A stretch of 63,758 nt of DNA, the filler included, from Octopus bimaculoides (taxonomy: Eukaryota): NCBI RefSeq assembly GCF_001194135.2. It is 4 parts of 4 records of this genome, joined end to end, with 100 filler letters (N's around TTAATTAATTAA, not from the genome) between each part and the next. Parts side by side here need not be neighbours in the genome. Positions count along the whole stretch, not along the records: positions 1 to 31,463 come from NC_068982.1; 3 more parts are not named here. One strand, written 5' to 3'. Every line of letters starts with the position of its first letter. The stretch's first letter is position 1. Shown here piece after piece: positions 1 to 13,518 of this stretch. The notes under the pieces were generated by a model. That model worked only from the letters and a program-made list of their open reading frames with translations, searched no databases and was not told the DNA's origin. The translations under genes were made by a program, and so were the position numbers.

Positions 1-95
1 ACCACCGCCAACAACATAAATTTCATAATCATCATCATTATTATTATCATCATCATCATCATTATTATCATCAACATCATCATCACTGACATCAT
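1..95. repeat. Degenerate (CAT/ATC/ATT)n microsatellite
   Basis: Runs of catcatcat and attattatt visible directly. Confidence 0.85.
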
Positions 96-129
96 CAACA
101 TAGATTTCAATCCTGCAACCATCCCACCT

Positions 130-890
130 TTCACGTTCGAATCTACCAGACGCACACACAGACACACCTTCACTCTCACACGCATACACACACCCACACA
201 TACAGAACCACATGTACACACGCACGCTCTCACTCTCTCATTCTTTCTCTCTCTCACTCTTCCTCACACGCACACATATACACACACGCGCAATCTTTTT
301 TAAATTTCTATTCTTGTTTCAAAATCTCGCTTGTTTCATCTAATACTCTCCCCTTGCTCTTCTTAATTTTCTCTCTCTCTCTCGCTGTCTTTCGTTTTCC
401 CCCGTACGTCTCGTTACTCTCTTCGTTTTCCTTCCCACTTTGTTGTATTGTTCTTCTATTTTTGCACTTTTCGATCTCTCTACTGTCTTACGTCTCATTT
501 TGCCCTCGCTGCATCTTTGTCTTCTCACCTACTCTCTCTTTTCCCCCTTCTCTCTGATTTTCTGGTCCTTGTCACATTTTTTCTCTTTCTAATTCTGTCT
601 TTTATTCTCCTATATCATTCATTTTTATACTCACTACTTCTCTCACCACTTCTTCCTTTTGTCTATCTCTTTTTGTTTCTCTTTCTTTTTTCGTTTATCA
701 TCTCTTTTTCATTCTCAATACTCTCCTCTTTTCGTCTCGCTCCCGTTCTCTCTGTCTCATCGTTACATCTCTTCCAATCTCTTTCTTTCTCTCACTCTAT
801 CTTATTTTCTAACTTCTCCATTGTATTCTCTTATATTCTTTCCTCTCCCACATACCTTATATGTAATCCACTTCCGCTCCGCTCATTGCA

Positions 891-967
<77 letters not shown>

Positions 968-1130
968 ACTCGCACACACAACACTCGCACACGCAACACA
1001 CAAACGCACACGCACACACACACATACATACACATACACCGTCAGTCTCCATTTCTTTTCTCTCTATTCGTCTCCATGTCTCTTTCCTTCCCTCCTAGAC
1101 TATTTAATATTCCACCTTGCCGTTCTCTTT
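130..1130. repeat. Low-complexity pyrimidine-rich tract with (CA)n at ~892-966
   Basis: CT-rich strand bias and a perfect (CA)n run. Explains the F/S/L-rich and HT-repeat ORFs. Confidence 0.85.
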
Positions 1131-3367
1131 GCTGTCTTTCAATCAGATTGATACTGTAGTTAGAGGTCTTATCAAGGACGCCAGTATGGACATACGCTAT
1201 ATATTGCCATTTATACACTTTATTTTTTCTAATATACCATGTTATTTGATTATATACTCTCATACAACGATAAAATGAAAGTAACATCTCTTCGTTCATT
1301 CACAATACCACTTGGGGGCGGGGATGTGCGGTAGATTCGACCCAGGAATATTACTGGTGGTTAATGTATTCGACCCTGTGGTATGGAAGTAGGAAGCATT
1401 TTTGATTAGAACTTGCATAATGAAAGGGTAAACTAAATAACCGAAGGCACTGAATGCCTGTCTATTCGCGACCAGTTCAATATTTAACACTGAGTTAGTA
1501 TGAGGACCTCTACGTGCTCATTCAACTTATTAAAAATAACAGCCAGATTTTCCTCAAACCTCCCTCTACCATTTTTAAGATTCTATATATTGTCGGGGTA
1601 AATGAGGAGCTAGTCCAAATATTTGAAGAGGTCTGCTTCGTCAGAACTAACTTCAGGATAAACAAAATAAACAAAATGCACAAGAGAAACATTAATCAAC
1701 ATTTTTAGGGGAGGATAAAATAAGTTGGTGCATTTTCCAAGAGCACAAGTGACGTGAAAGGAGACCACTGACAGGATTCACCAAAGACGTCTTTAGTGCG
1801 CATTAAGACGGATATATTATTTAATAGGTGAGCAAATGAATAGATAAATAGGAGAGAGACAAAGATGTTATATGAAGACCCAACAGGTTTATTGGAAAAA
1901 ATCGATTGAATCTGTGTGAGTATTAATGACGTATGTATCAGATTGATGCAAATGAGATCGAAGCTGAATGAAACTCTTTTTAATAATTAATGACTTAATC
2001 AAAGGAAGAGGGGCAGCGACATCAACCTTTTGAAATCCTCCAAGATTAGTGGTGGTGGGGAAGAGTTGTCTTCAGTCTACAGATCTATCTACAACACATC
2101 TAATAGAGTGGACTTCATTAAAGGCTTCCAAGGATCGGATGATGTTGTTAAACTAGTTGACAGATTATCTCTACCATTAAAAAATAAGAACAGTTCCTCT
2201 GACGGGCTTCCACATTGTGCCAGCCAACCAAAATTTACCGACTAAACTTCAGTCAGCCTGAGGTTATGTTGTAAGAGATTTTTCCTAATGCGATATAGAA
2301 TGGAACTCAAAAGCGCAAAGTTACAGACCGGATTTCTTATCCATAGCGCAACACCAACATATCTGTACTCTAAAAACAACAACAGCAACAACACTAATTG
2401 TTTCTTGGAATTTTTCGGACGTTCTAACGATTCTGTACGCACTTTAAATAATATTAATAATTTCTGATTTAGGTACAAGGTCTGCTTTTGAAGAGAGGTG
2501 GTTAATCGATACCATAGCTCTCAAAACTTGACTGGTACCTTACTTTATCAAACCCGAAAGGATGAAAGGCAAATTTGACCTCAGTTAGGTTACAACTTAA
2601 ATAGGGCTGGAACAAGCTCTCACAGATAAGAACTATCGTTCTTGTAGCACTGTGAAAGGGGAATTCGGTATTCGTAAATGAATGCATGCAGACAAATCTT
2701 ATTCAGTTCATACTCCACCATCTTAAATCGGGAAGTACATAGCGAACAATATACAAATATACAAAAAATTGTGTAGAATGTTTTAGATTATGAGTTTGTT
2801 TAATCGTAACAAAATTAGAGTTAAATAACAAAAATAACAACTTCGTACTCGTGATTGTCTAGTAAAGCTACCCTTTTCATATAATTGATTTGTTTTTGAT
2901 TTCTCCATCGATACATGTGCACTACTCAATATTCGTTATTTTTTTAAGCCGTCTCTTAATTTAATTTGTAATATATCCAGCAAAATGACATGTCAAAAAT
3001 GTTTCAATTTTTTCCTATATAATTCTTAGGGTGCGTATGTATGCTTTGCCTGTGACTATTAATCAAGTGTGATCTGCAAAAGAATACACCATGCTTCGCT
3101 TATGTTTTATAATAGTACTTTATTATATGGATTCCAGAAGTATGAAATGCAAAGCTGACCTCGGCGGGTTTGAACACTGAAGATTATGAGTCAGAATTTA
3201 TACTACAAAGCATTCTGACAGGTGATCTAATGATTCTGACACCTTACAACATTTAGGTTGAGTATATTTGTAAGAAAATATGTATAATTATAGTGCAATT
3301 AGTATTACTGCTCTTGATAACGTAAGTGTTCAGTTGCGAAAAATCATGTTTAGTTAGTTTGTACCCA

Positions 3368-3750
3368 TTAACACTTGCAGTGTTATATCTTTAGTTATTT
3401 AACACATTGTAAGACTTGCTGTGGCTCATTTAGTATTTTAACACCCAGTAACTTTTACAGTGGTTTACATAGAGATTTAACACCTGGAAACTCCTACAGT
3501 AACTTTTTTAATGGTTTGAACGAACTACAAGTAACAGAAGCAATAAATTCAATGATTTAATATCAAGTAACAGTAACATTAATTTACTTGCAGTATCCTC
3601 TATAATGATTCGCTTTCAGTTTTAACCCCCCAAAACGCTTCCAATAGTTTATCTTATTATTTAACACCCCATAACATTTATAGTGATTTATTTAAGAAAT
3701 TAACACCAAGTAAGATTTATAAATAATATTTCGTGATTTAACCACCCCCA
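3368..3750. repeat. Degenerate ~39-bp minisatellite
   Basis: TTTAACACC-like core recurs at ~3398, 3437, 3476, 3556, 3621, 3660, 3699 and 3737, mostly 38-40 bp apart. Confidence 0.6.
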
Positions 3751-3874
3751 CGCAAAAATCTAGTTTGGGACTAATTTTTTTTTTGTTTCTAATTTTGATT
3801 TGCTTCCATTTAGAAGAGCTGCTAAACATTGCCCTAGCTGTTGATGTTCTTTACTATCATTATTAAAAGAAAAC

Positions 3875-4087
3875 GGCGGCGAGCTGGCAGAATTCTTAGC
3901 ATACCTGGCGAAATGCTTAGCGGTATTTCGCCTGCCACTAAATTCTGAGTTCAAATTTCTCCGCGGTCGACTTTGCCTTTCGTCCTTTCGGTGTCGATAA
4001 ATTAAGTACCAGTTGAGTACTGGAGTCGATGTAATCGATTATCTTCCTGTCCACAATTTCAAGCCTTGTGCCTGTAGTAGAAAGGAT
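3875..4087 (+). mobile_element. tRNA-derived SINE, family A
   Basis: Head GGCGGCGAGCTGGCAGAA (box A-like), GAGTTCAAAT (box B-like), body GTCGACTTTGCCTTT...GTCGATAAATTAAGTACCAG, (TTA)n tail. Many copies in the window. Confidence 0.85.
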
Positions 4088-4488
4088 TATTATTATTATT
4101 ATTGTAATTAGAGCACAGTATCCAATATGGTGTAGATTGAAAATATTGCATGTACCAGGTATTTGTACTGTCTGTCAAGTTAAAACACGGGCCTCAAACA
4201 GACAGCTCTTTATGCAGCACGCGCGCAGTTCCAAGTAAAATCGATTTGTACAATATACCGAGATTGTAGGGTAATTCTAAAGTGTCCAGATCTTTCTTCG
4301 GGCTGGTTGACATTGAACCCAATACTCCGATGGCAACAGGAACAACCCTTATGTTTTACTCTTGCTGTTGCCACATCTTGGCGATCTCAATTTTCAAGTC
4401 TGCATATTTGTCAAACTTTTCTCTTTCTTTCATGACAATATATTCATCTGGCACTATTGCATAAATTATTAGGCAATCTTGCCTGTCG

Positions 4489-4490
<2 letters not shown>
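4088..4490 (-). mobile_element. 3' fragment of an RLE-type (R4/Dong-like) LINE
   Basis: Minus-strand translation CLIIYAIVPDEYIVMKEREKFDKYADLKIEIAKMW...VVPVAIGVLGS...LLGTARVLHKELSV* matches the C-terminal RLE domain. (TAA)n tail at ~4088-4110. Confidence 0.85.
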
Positions 4491-4491
<1 letters not shown>

Positions 4492-4573
<82 letters not shown>

Positions 4574-5626
4574 CTTTGTAACACAGTTTAGGTAAAAAGG
4601 CACCGGAGTTTTTAGTCACATGTCAAGTCACAACAAGGACCTCAGACAGATAATACTTTTCTTAAGATGTACGCTGTACCCAATAAGGCAGCTTTTTGCA
4701 AGACATCAATCTTGCATGGGATTTCCAGTTGCCTTAAGAAGTTTTGAAGTGTTAATGGGATTGAGCCCAACGCTCCGATCACCACTGGTATCACTTTTAC
4801 ATTACCCTCTCCAATTCCATGCAGTCTTGCCATTTCCACTTTCAATTCGGAGTACTTGATTTTTTCAATCTCTGACAGTATTTGTCTCTCTTATTCAATA
4901 TGACAATATCCGGCCGATGGTGTTCGATTACACGATCCGTCTGAAAATCATAGTCCCAAAGCATCGTTACTTTTCCATCCTCCTGCATAACTTTACTTGG
5001 TACAGTTCTCTGTTACTTCATATTGGTATTTACGGCATAAGAGCCAATGGAGATACACACATTTTATTGTGGCGGCGCTTGAATTCTTTTTGTGCAAGGC
5101 TCTCACATCCACTTACCTAGTGTGTCACATTTTCCATACTCTTTCCACAGAGTCTGCATTTGTGGGTGTCAGAAGTTTTATAGATGTTATACTTCACTGA
5201 ATTGGTAGTGAGAGCCTATTCTTGTGCAGCAGTGATCAGGCTTTCGATGGTAAGCTTCAAATCACCTCGCTCAAGCCATGCCCACGGCACTGCATTATCC
5301 ATCACGTCCTGTGTATTCCTTTCAAACTCTCCATGCATTCTCATTTCAAGAAGGTCTTCTTTTCTCTTCTCCTCAGCTCTTTGGTTAAACTCTTCCTTAT
5401 CCATCACTTCATCTGCATTTACACCCATATATTTCGCGGCATATTGCAGCAGGTCTTCATCACTATTTATCAAATACTCGGCAAGCGTTCTCCTTTCACT
5501 CCTTATACAATGGTCTATACTAATTAGTCCTCTGCCACCATTTCTTTCTTTTCATATACAGTCTGTTTACGTTTGCTTTAGGGTGTAGCGCCCCATGTAG
5601 CGTCATCAACTTTCTCGTCCTTCTAT
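4492..5626 (-). mobile_element. 5'-truncated, frameshifted RLE-type (R4/Dong-like) LINE with (AAT)n tail
   Basis: RT-thumb HGALHPKANVNRLYMKRK, then MHGEF...LITAAQE, CCHC region (CRLCGKSMENVTH..SGC), WDYDFQTD..IEHHRPDIVI and VIPVVIGALG...LLGTAYILRKVLSV*. Tail at 4492-4572. Confidence 0.92.
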
Positions 5627-6389
5627 GAGTGTAAGAGTGTAAGAAGTAAGGCATTCATTCTTTAATATCTACTTTACTCCTACTCATTCTCTCACACTTT
5701 ATTTTCTGTGTGATACCTTCTGTCTTCACATCAATGCCCAGATTTCCATTTTCGTACCTTACGAGAATTCGCTTGAAGTTGGTGTTCAAAGAAAAAAAAA
5801 CAATGTAACACTACAAATTAAAACTCCGTGACAAGTCATGATTGGTTTAAGTGCCTCAAGAATTGCTTAAAACTGTATAAAAGAAAAATAAGTGGAAGAC
5901 TGTTTATACCGTCAATCTTTTCAGTGTACAATGGTGTCTTTATGTTGACCGTAGCATATGACAAGAAACTGTTTTATTGACCTTAGTAGGATCATAAGTA
6001 GAGGACAACATATACGGTATTTGAACTCAGAACGTAATCTAATAGGGTAAATTATATTATCAGAAACACAACTGATTATGTTACTGGAAAATTAAAATCA
6101 GACATAAAAGTAACTTACATAATATTTCACTATTCTTTCTAATATTTCATTTATTCAATTAAGAATATAGTGTCTCTATATTATGTTTTTGCAGTTGTAC
6201 ACGTATCAATTCTCAACGTTGCTGATAGGTTCTTAGAAAGTGCAATAAATTTTAAGACACGCGTAATGAGAAAAATAATTTCCCTGTGTATATTTCGAGT
6301 TACACAGAAATAAATAGAATAAAATGAATAACTAAAAATAAAACAAACTTCTGAATAAAGACGCGAAACAGTACCGACATTAAAAACTG

Positions 6390-6670
6390 AAGTGCATGTG
6401 TGGGTAACCTTGTGCATTGTCCACAAGAAGCAAGGTTTTCTTGTCAAAGTTCTCAATCTGAAAATATTCTCTGAAAGCTGGGCAAAAATACGAGATAAAT
6501 CCATCATGGAACACTCTTTTGGTGATCGATTCCCTTGATCCCTATATAACAAGATGAGATTTAGACTAATCTTTTAATAGCTACTCGTGTTACAGAATTA
6601 TAAACAGCCAGTGGTTTGAGCATTACACAAAGCAAGAAAGGCATGAATTTTTGCTAACTTTGAATTGTGG
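6390..6670 (-). mobile_element. pogo/Tigger-type DDE transposase relic
   Basis: Minus-strand frame SITKRVFHDGFISYFCPAFREYFQIENFDKKTLLLVDNAQGYP resembles the pogo/Tigger W.T...F.DWF...F.P...K.LL.LDNAPGHP segment. Upstream AFLALCNA resembles TLLLCGNA. Confidence 0.7.
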
Positions 6671-6954
6671 TACAGTGTTTTCTTGTTTAGAAATGCAAGT
6701 TCATTTGTCATTTGCTTCTCAAAACATGTCTGTCTCATCTAAATAATAAATCTTATGCAATATGTATTCTTGTTTGTCAATAGAATTTTTCAGCAAAGTT
6801 CCAGCTATTCTGTGACTTTCTCGGCACTTGCATACTTTTCTATTATTTTATGTTATACAGTTTTGAGCAATTTTTGAAACATTTAAACCAATCATGACTT
6901 CTCATGGAATTTTTACTTTCGATTTCTTGTTTTTTCATTAAGTCTTCATAAAAC

Positions 6955-7318
6955 ACTTGATTACGGCGAGGGTTCCAGTTGATCCAATCAACGGAACAGA
7001 CCCTGCTCGTGAAATTAACGTGTAAGTGGCTGAGCACTTCACTGACATGTGTACTCTTAACGTAGTTCTCAGGGAGATTCAGCGTGATACAGTGTGTGAC
7101 AAGGCTGGCTCTTTGAAATACAGTTACAACAGAAACAGGAAGAAAGAGTGAGAGAAAGTTGTGGTGAAAGAGTACAGCAGGGTTCGCCACTACCTCCTGC
7201 CGGAGCTTCATGGAGCTTTAGGTGTTTTCGCCCAATAAACACTCACAACGCCCGATCTGGGAATCGAAACTGCGATCCCACGACCGCAAGTCCGCTGTCC
7301 TAACCACTGGGCCATTGC
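6955..7318 (-). mobile_element. tRNA-derived SINE, family C
   Basis: Head GCAATGGCCCAGTGGTTAG (box A) and GTTTCGATTCCC (box B). Body shared with 18103-18408 and 58408-58790. Confidence 0.88.
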
Positions 7319-7559
7319 ACTTAACACACACACACACGCACACACATATGTATGTATGTGTGTATGTATGTATGCGTGTATGTATGCATGTACGTATGTA
7401 TGTGTATACACGTTCTCTTTTATTTTTGATTATTTGAATTTTAATTCCCCTAATGAAGGATCTGGTTTCTAACAAAGATACAAAGTTGCATAGCTGAAAT
7501 GTAGATATCACATGCTGAACATTGCACACTCTTGCTCTTTCCTCTAGAGTTTAGCTGCT

Positions 7560-8460
7560 GATTTTTTCTAAGAACGATGACTTTTCCATATTGTCAGTTA
7601 GGCATTTACTAACGAAACGAAGTATACCAAATGTTACTGGCATAAATGTGGATTTATAACCTGACGAAAGAAATTGAAGGTTTCGAAGAAGTTGTGTGTA
7701 TTTATCCTCTTTTTCTTTGATGTTGGAGAAGATTTTCGCATTAGCACGGTTGCTGACTTCCAGGAAGTTACATACATTTCCTTGTCTGTCCCAAACTACG
7801 ATATTTGACGTGGTAGAAATTTTGATGATAATATCCCATCAATATTTCTTCTATCGATATTTATGTATATAGTCAACGATAGTAATCACCATTTTTGTCC
7901 CAGGGCAGACTTATTTTGGGATGGCATTTTCTTCACTATAACATCATGTCGCATTAGGGCAGGGCCTTAATATTTTTTGACAGCTGCCGGTCACATGTGT
8001 GATGTCTTCCACAGAAATATGACATAACTGATATTTTCGGTTGCATATTTGAGCTCCAAAGTCTTCACTTTCTCTTTTCATTATTAGGTATTTGATTGCA
8101 AATGCATTAGTTTCGAAATTTAACGTTATGTAGGCGGCTACGAGTTCAAGAAAGGCTGCATTTCATGTAGATATGAATGTCTTTTTCTAGTCTTTGGTGT
8201 CTTTTTGGTATGCCCAACGTTTTACTTTCCGTTTTTCTTTGAGGTAGTCCAGCTGTTTTGAGGTCGTCTTGAAGAAAGTGCTTCCTGAGGAGCTCATTGT
8301 CGACAGCTAGCATGTTATTCTCTTTACTTTTCAGCAGTAGGGTTATACATTTACTGCTGCTGTTGTTGTTTAGCAGGTGCAGTCTGAGAGATACTATACG
8401 ACATTTGAAGGTTGAAGATTCTCACCCATTGTTCAAAACTAGGCGGCGTTCACTCTAATG
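7560..8460 (-). mobile_element. Old, decayed RLE-type LINE (divergent lineage)
   Basis: Broken frames give FKCRIVSLRLHL (thumb), CNRKYQLCHISVEDITHVTGSC...MRHDVIVK (CCHC relic) and NIVVWDRQGNVCNFLEVS...KEKEDKYTQLLRNLQ..FMPVTFG (RLE). Confidence 0.75.
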
Positions 8461-9137
8461 CGTAACTGTTGTAAGACCATTCTTCGGGGTGTAAATGATG
8501 CATTTTAGCTTAATATGGTCCCCAAGCTATTTTTTTTTACCTACTTCTGAACTTTTGCCAAAAGGATGTTCACCAACATTACAGAGTCCTCTTTTACTTC
8601 TCTTCGAAACAACGTTGGCTCCGTAAGCAGTAATCCTATGGAGAAAGCCTCCATCTCTGCCCGCGTTGCATCCCACTTCACACTATACACTGTTGGCCAA
8701 TACGTTCTAAAACCATCCTTCCTCTCCAATCGGTCTCCCACTTCGTTTAACGCACCAATTGCGAATATATCTCCAGCTTCTTAAAAAACAAGGCCATTAG
8801 CCATGGCATTACGTTTGAACACTGTGCTATACTCATCAAATTCTTGATCTCAATAACGGGTACTCTCCAGCTTCTGGCCTGCAAGCGTACTATTTCCTTT
8901 TTCTGTTTTTTCTATCCCTACTTAAATATTTATTATGAAATTTATCTAACACTATAACTGTCTATCATGATATATTTCCGAAACAGCTTTATATTCAGAA
9001 TGAGGATATTTATTATTCGTTTTTAAACTTACATTAAATATACGGAGTATTTACTATAAAGATATGTGTATGTGTATATATGTGAACATACATACACACG
9101 CGCTTGCACGCACGCACACACACACGCGCACACACAC

Positions 9138-9221
<84 letters not shown>

Positions 9222-9427
9222 ACACACACACATTACAATATATAAAACTGTATTCTACTCAGTCTAATACGAATTAATTTCAATATTATTCAAAAGAAAT
9301 CTCTAACGAATGTACCCCATTGTATATTCAGCAATTAAAAAATGCTTGTTTCTATAAATGCAGTCCTCCACCAAATATTAAATTCGAATTTATTAGTAAG
9401 GACTTTTATTATGAGATATCTTTCCAA

Positions 9428-9620
9428 GGCGGCGACTTGGCGGAATCGTTAGCACGCCAGACACAAAGCTTTGTAGCATTTCATCTGTCTTTATGTTCTT
9501 AACTTAAATTTCGCCTCAGTCGACATGCCTTTCCCGTCGATAAATTACGTAGCATTTAAGTACTGACATCGATATAGTCGACTTCACCCACCCCTCAAAA
9601 ACTGCAGGCCCTGTGCAGTT
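9428..9620 (+). mobile_element. SINE family A, diverged copy
   Basis: GGCGGCGACTTGGCGGAATCGTTAGCACGCC head and GTCGATAAATTA body. Confidence 0.75.
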
Positions 9621-10699
9621 GATACTCTAAGTATGATTCTGCATATCAAAAAAAAAAAAAAATTAAGCAGAAAAGAATCCAGGTTTCGTTGTGACAAGAA
9701 GAAGAAAAAAAAAAAAAGAAAACAAAAACAGAAATGATCACCTTTCTTTACATAAGAGAAAAATATGTTTAGTCACAATAATTATTCGTCTCCGGTTGTC
9801 TGTTTTTAATACCAATTATACAAATTAATGCAATAATAAAAATATAAGCTTAATCAGTAAATTTTCGTATCAGAATTTCTTTACATTTATAAGGTATTTT
9901 TAAATCAATATTAATTTGAAGCGTTATTTAGGAATGCTTCGCTTTTGAGTTTATTACTAATGAGTAATGAGTTATGTCCCTTTTATATATAATTTTAAAA
10001 TTATACACACACATGCATATATATATATATGTGTGTGTGTGTGTGCGTGTGAGTGTTTTTGTGTGTGTGAATGCGTGTGCATACATACATGCATACATAC
10101 GTACATACATACATGCATAATATATATATATATATATATATATACTACATATATATATACTCCTTTGCGCCACATGGGCTCAACTCTCTTTCCCTCTTCC
10201 TCTAACCTCCCCCATTGCCTCTCTCCCCCTCACACCCACTTCCTCCCACCCATCTCTCCTCTCTTCCTCCGACTCCTATTCTCCTTCTCTTCACCCCTAC
10301 CCACCTCCACCTTCCTCCCTTCATCGTCACCCCTATTCGTAACCAACCCCACCCCTACACATTCCAACCCCACCCTCAGCCTAACCCACACCCCACACTT
10401 GGTTTCCCCACACTTGCCTCTCCCACCTCCCAACACCATCACACCACACACCACTACACCACACACCACCATACCACACATCACATCACATCACATCACA
10501 TCACACCACCACGCACGCACTAGCACTGACCACTTCCCAGTCCCATACCCTCACACCTACACATACACACACGCACACTTCAAGGTCCCCAGCCCTCTTG
10601 CACACACACATACATACTCTCTTATACACGCACGCGCCCTTTCGTTTTGGGATCACCACTACTTTATTTTCTCCTTTCTTCCTGGCTCTCCTGTGTGAC

Positions 10700-10905
10700 C
10701 CTTCTGTCCGGCATTCGCCATGATAGATCGCTAGCCACTACACATTCTGTATTTTCTCTCCTTGTTTCTTTCTGTGTTCCTTTCTGTGAAAGAGCGTAGG
10801 CTCGAAATGTTAAAGACTTTTTCACTTCCCGAGCGTTATACTAATACATCTGTTTGTTGTCTACAGCACCTGTCTTCGTCTCTTTTTTTTTTTGCGAATT
10901 CTCCC
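10700..10905 (+). mobile_element. Dispersed repeat carrying a decayed minimal hammerhead (Penelope-like terminal-repeat relic, inferred)
   Basis: CTTT-CTGTGAA-A-GAGC(GTAG)GCTC-GAAA-TGTT-AAAG at 10780-10815. Homologous sequence occurs on the minus strand at ~33430-33580 and ~44485-44577. Confidence 0.55.
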
Positions 10906-11927
10906 CCCCTATATATATATATATATATATATATNNNNNNNNNNNNNNNNNNNNNNNNNNNNNNNNNNNNNNNNNNNNNNNNNNNNNNNNNNNNNNNNNN
11001 NNNNNNNNNNNNNNNNNNNNNNNNNNNNNNNNNNNNNNNNNNNNNNNNNNNNNNNNNNNNNNNNNNNNNNNNNNNNNNNNNNNNNNNNNNNNNNNNNNNN
11101 NNNNNNNNNNNNNNNNNNNNNNNNNNNNNNNNNNNNNNNNNNNNNNNNNNNNNNNNNNNNNNNNNNNNNNNNNNNNNNNNNNNNNNNNNNNNNNNNNNNN
11201 NNNNNNNNNNNNNNNNNNNNNNNNNNNNNNNNNNNNNNNNNNNNNNNNNNNNNNNNNNNNNNNNNNNNNNNNNNNNNNNNNNNNNNNNNNNNNNNNNNNN
11301 NNNNNNNNNNNNNNNNNNNNNNNNNNNNNNNNNNNNNNNNNNNNNNNNNNNNNNNNNNNNNNNNNNNNNNNNNNNNNNNNNNNNNNNNNNNNNNTCTTCT
11401 TCTTCTTCTTCTTCTTCTTCTTCTTCTTCTTCTTCTCAAACATGTAAAAACTTTCCAGGAGAAAGTGGGTTGTGACAACGATCTACTCACAACTCTTCAA
11501 GACTTACGAGATTGATAATGTTTATATATTCAGTTTGAATATTTGAAAAAGACATCTTTAAGAGGAAAATGTCGACAAGCTTAAAGTTACAGAGTGCTGC
11601 ACTTCTTCGAATGGAACCTGTAGTTTACGTGGGGTGAGATACAGTATGAGTGACAGGAAGAAGAAAGACGGATGTGGTGAATGAGCGTGAGTGGAAGTGT
11701 TTTTTAATTAGCCTGTTTCGATGAGTAGGCTGCGGCAATAATTATCGAATAAACTGAGAGAGGATACAACAGATCCGTTGGCTTTTGCATATTTGCTGAG
11801 CAGTTGGATGCAGCCTTGCATGTACTTGTATGTAGAATGTATATGTTTAGCAGTGTGTATGTCAATGCTTGTAACAGTATATGTCTGTGCTTGTAATAGT
11901 GTTTTGTGGCCTTTATTAGTAGTGGTG

Positions 11928-13458
11928 GAGATATCCAATGACTTGGAGAAATGTGCGAAAGTCACTTTCATAAGAGGCAAACTGGCATGTTCTGCAGATA
12001 TCCACGTTGATACAGAAGCAAGAATCCGAGCACTGGACCAAGAAGAAGCATATAAATACCTTGGCGTAGACGAAAGTAACGGCATAAAACATTCAGCAAT
12101 GAAAGAGAAGATTAGAAAAGAGTACTACAGGAGAGTACGGTTAGTAACAAAGACTGAACTCAACGCTGCAAACAAAATAGAATCCATTAAAACTCTTGCA
12201 GTACCAATCGTAGCTTACAGTTTCAACATAATCAACTGGCAAATGAGCGAAATAAAGAAGTTAGACTCCAAGACCAGAAAACTACTTACCATAGCTCGAA
12301 GGAACCACCCCAAAGCGGACGTGAACCGGATTTATTTACCGAGAAGCATGAGAGGAAGAGGACTAACTCAATTAGAATTATCTTACAAAATCACCACTGT
12401 AGGATTAAATACATATGTTGAGCTGTCAAAAGATCCTCTAATGAAGCTTGTGCACCAGCATGATAAAGTAAAGATGCTATACTCGGTACACAAAGAATTT
12501 GTACAGTTTAAGAAACAACTGATGACAGAGGAACCTCGGATGAAGGCGAGTGAGAAAGTAACCCAGTTTGCTAAAAGAGTTAAGGAAGAGATGAAAAAAC
12601 AAGTCCAGAAGAAGAGCAAAGAAGAATGGCTAGAAAAACCGATGCATGGCCGATACTCATGAACAAACCAGACGTAGAGAAACGAGACACTCATATATGG
12701 ATGAAGAGCTCAGGACTGAAGACTGAAACCGAAGGTTTTATCATAGCAGCACAAGATCAAAGCTTGGCAACCAGGGCTTACCACAGCAAAATAATGAACA
12801 ATGGCACTGACCCGAAATGCAGAATACGTCATGAGCACGATGAAACAGTGGACCACATCTTAACTGGATGCGCAGCGCTTGCAAAAACCGAATATATTCA
12901 TAGACACGATAGAGTAGCGCAATATATCTATTGGAAGATATGTAAACACTACCAGCTTCCAACTTCAGAAAGATGGTACCAGCATAAACTTGAAACTGAT
13001 CGGAAAAGATGATGTAACAGTACTCTGGGACATGCCAATCAACACCGATAAAGAAATCAAAGCAAACAGGCCGGACATAATAATCAAAGATAGGAAGGAT
13101 AAGAAATGCTTAATGATAGATGTGACAGTCCCATCAGAGAGAAATATGTCCATTACAGAAGTTGAGAAGTTATTTAAGTACAAAGACCTAGAAATAGAAG
13201 TGACCAAGATGTGAGGAATGAAAAGCAGCACAGCACCAGTGGTGATTGAAGCGTTAGGGCTAATTAAAAAGGGCCTTGATAAGCAGCTCAACAAACTCGC
13301 TTGCAGTGTTAACGTGGGAGAACTTCAGAAAATAATGTTGCTAGGTTCCGTACACATTCTACGCCGTGTACTCTCCGTGAGATGAGGACCTGCTGTGACC
13401 CTAGAGTCAAGGGATGATTACGGTTCAGCAGAAGACAACGGAGCATATTTTATTTTAA

Positions 13459-13518
<60 letters not shown>

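Noticed and set aside
3368-3750. CRISPR-like repeat-spacer array
   Set aside because: The repeats are short and degenerate, the spacers share motifs, the context is eukaryotic and there are no cas genes.
7660-7695. CTGACGA...GAAG hairpin resembling a hammerhead
   Set aside because: It lies in the antisense of LINE coding sequence, has GAAG instead of GAAA, and lacks helices I and III.
11778-11927. N-terminal 50 aa of the 294-aa ORF as a real protein start
   Set aside because: It is TG-rich flank in frame by chance; RT similarity begins only at about LEKCAKV (~11943).
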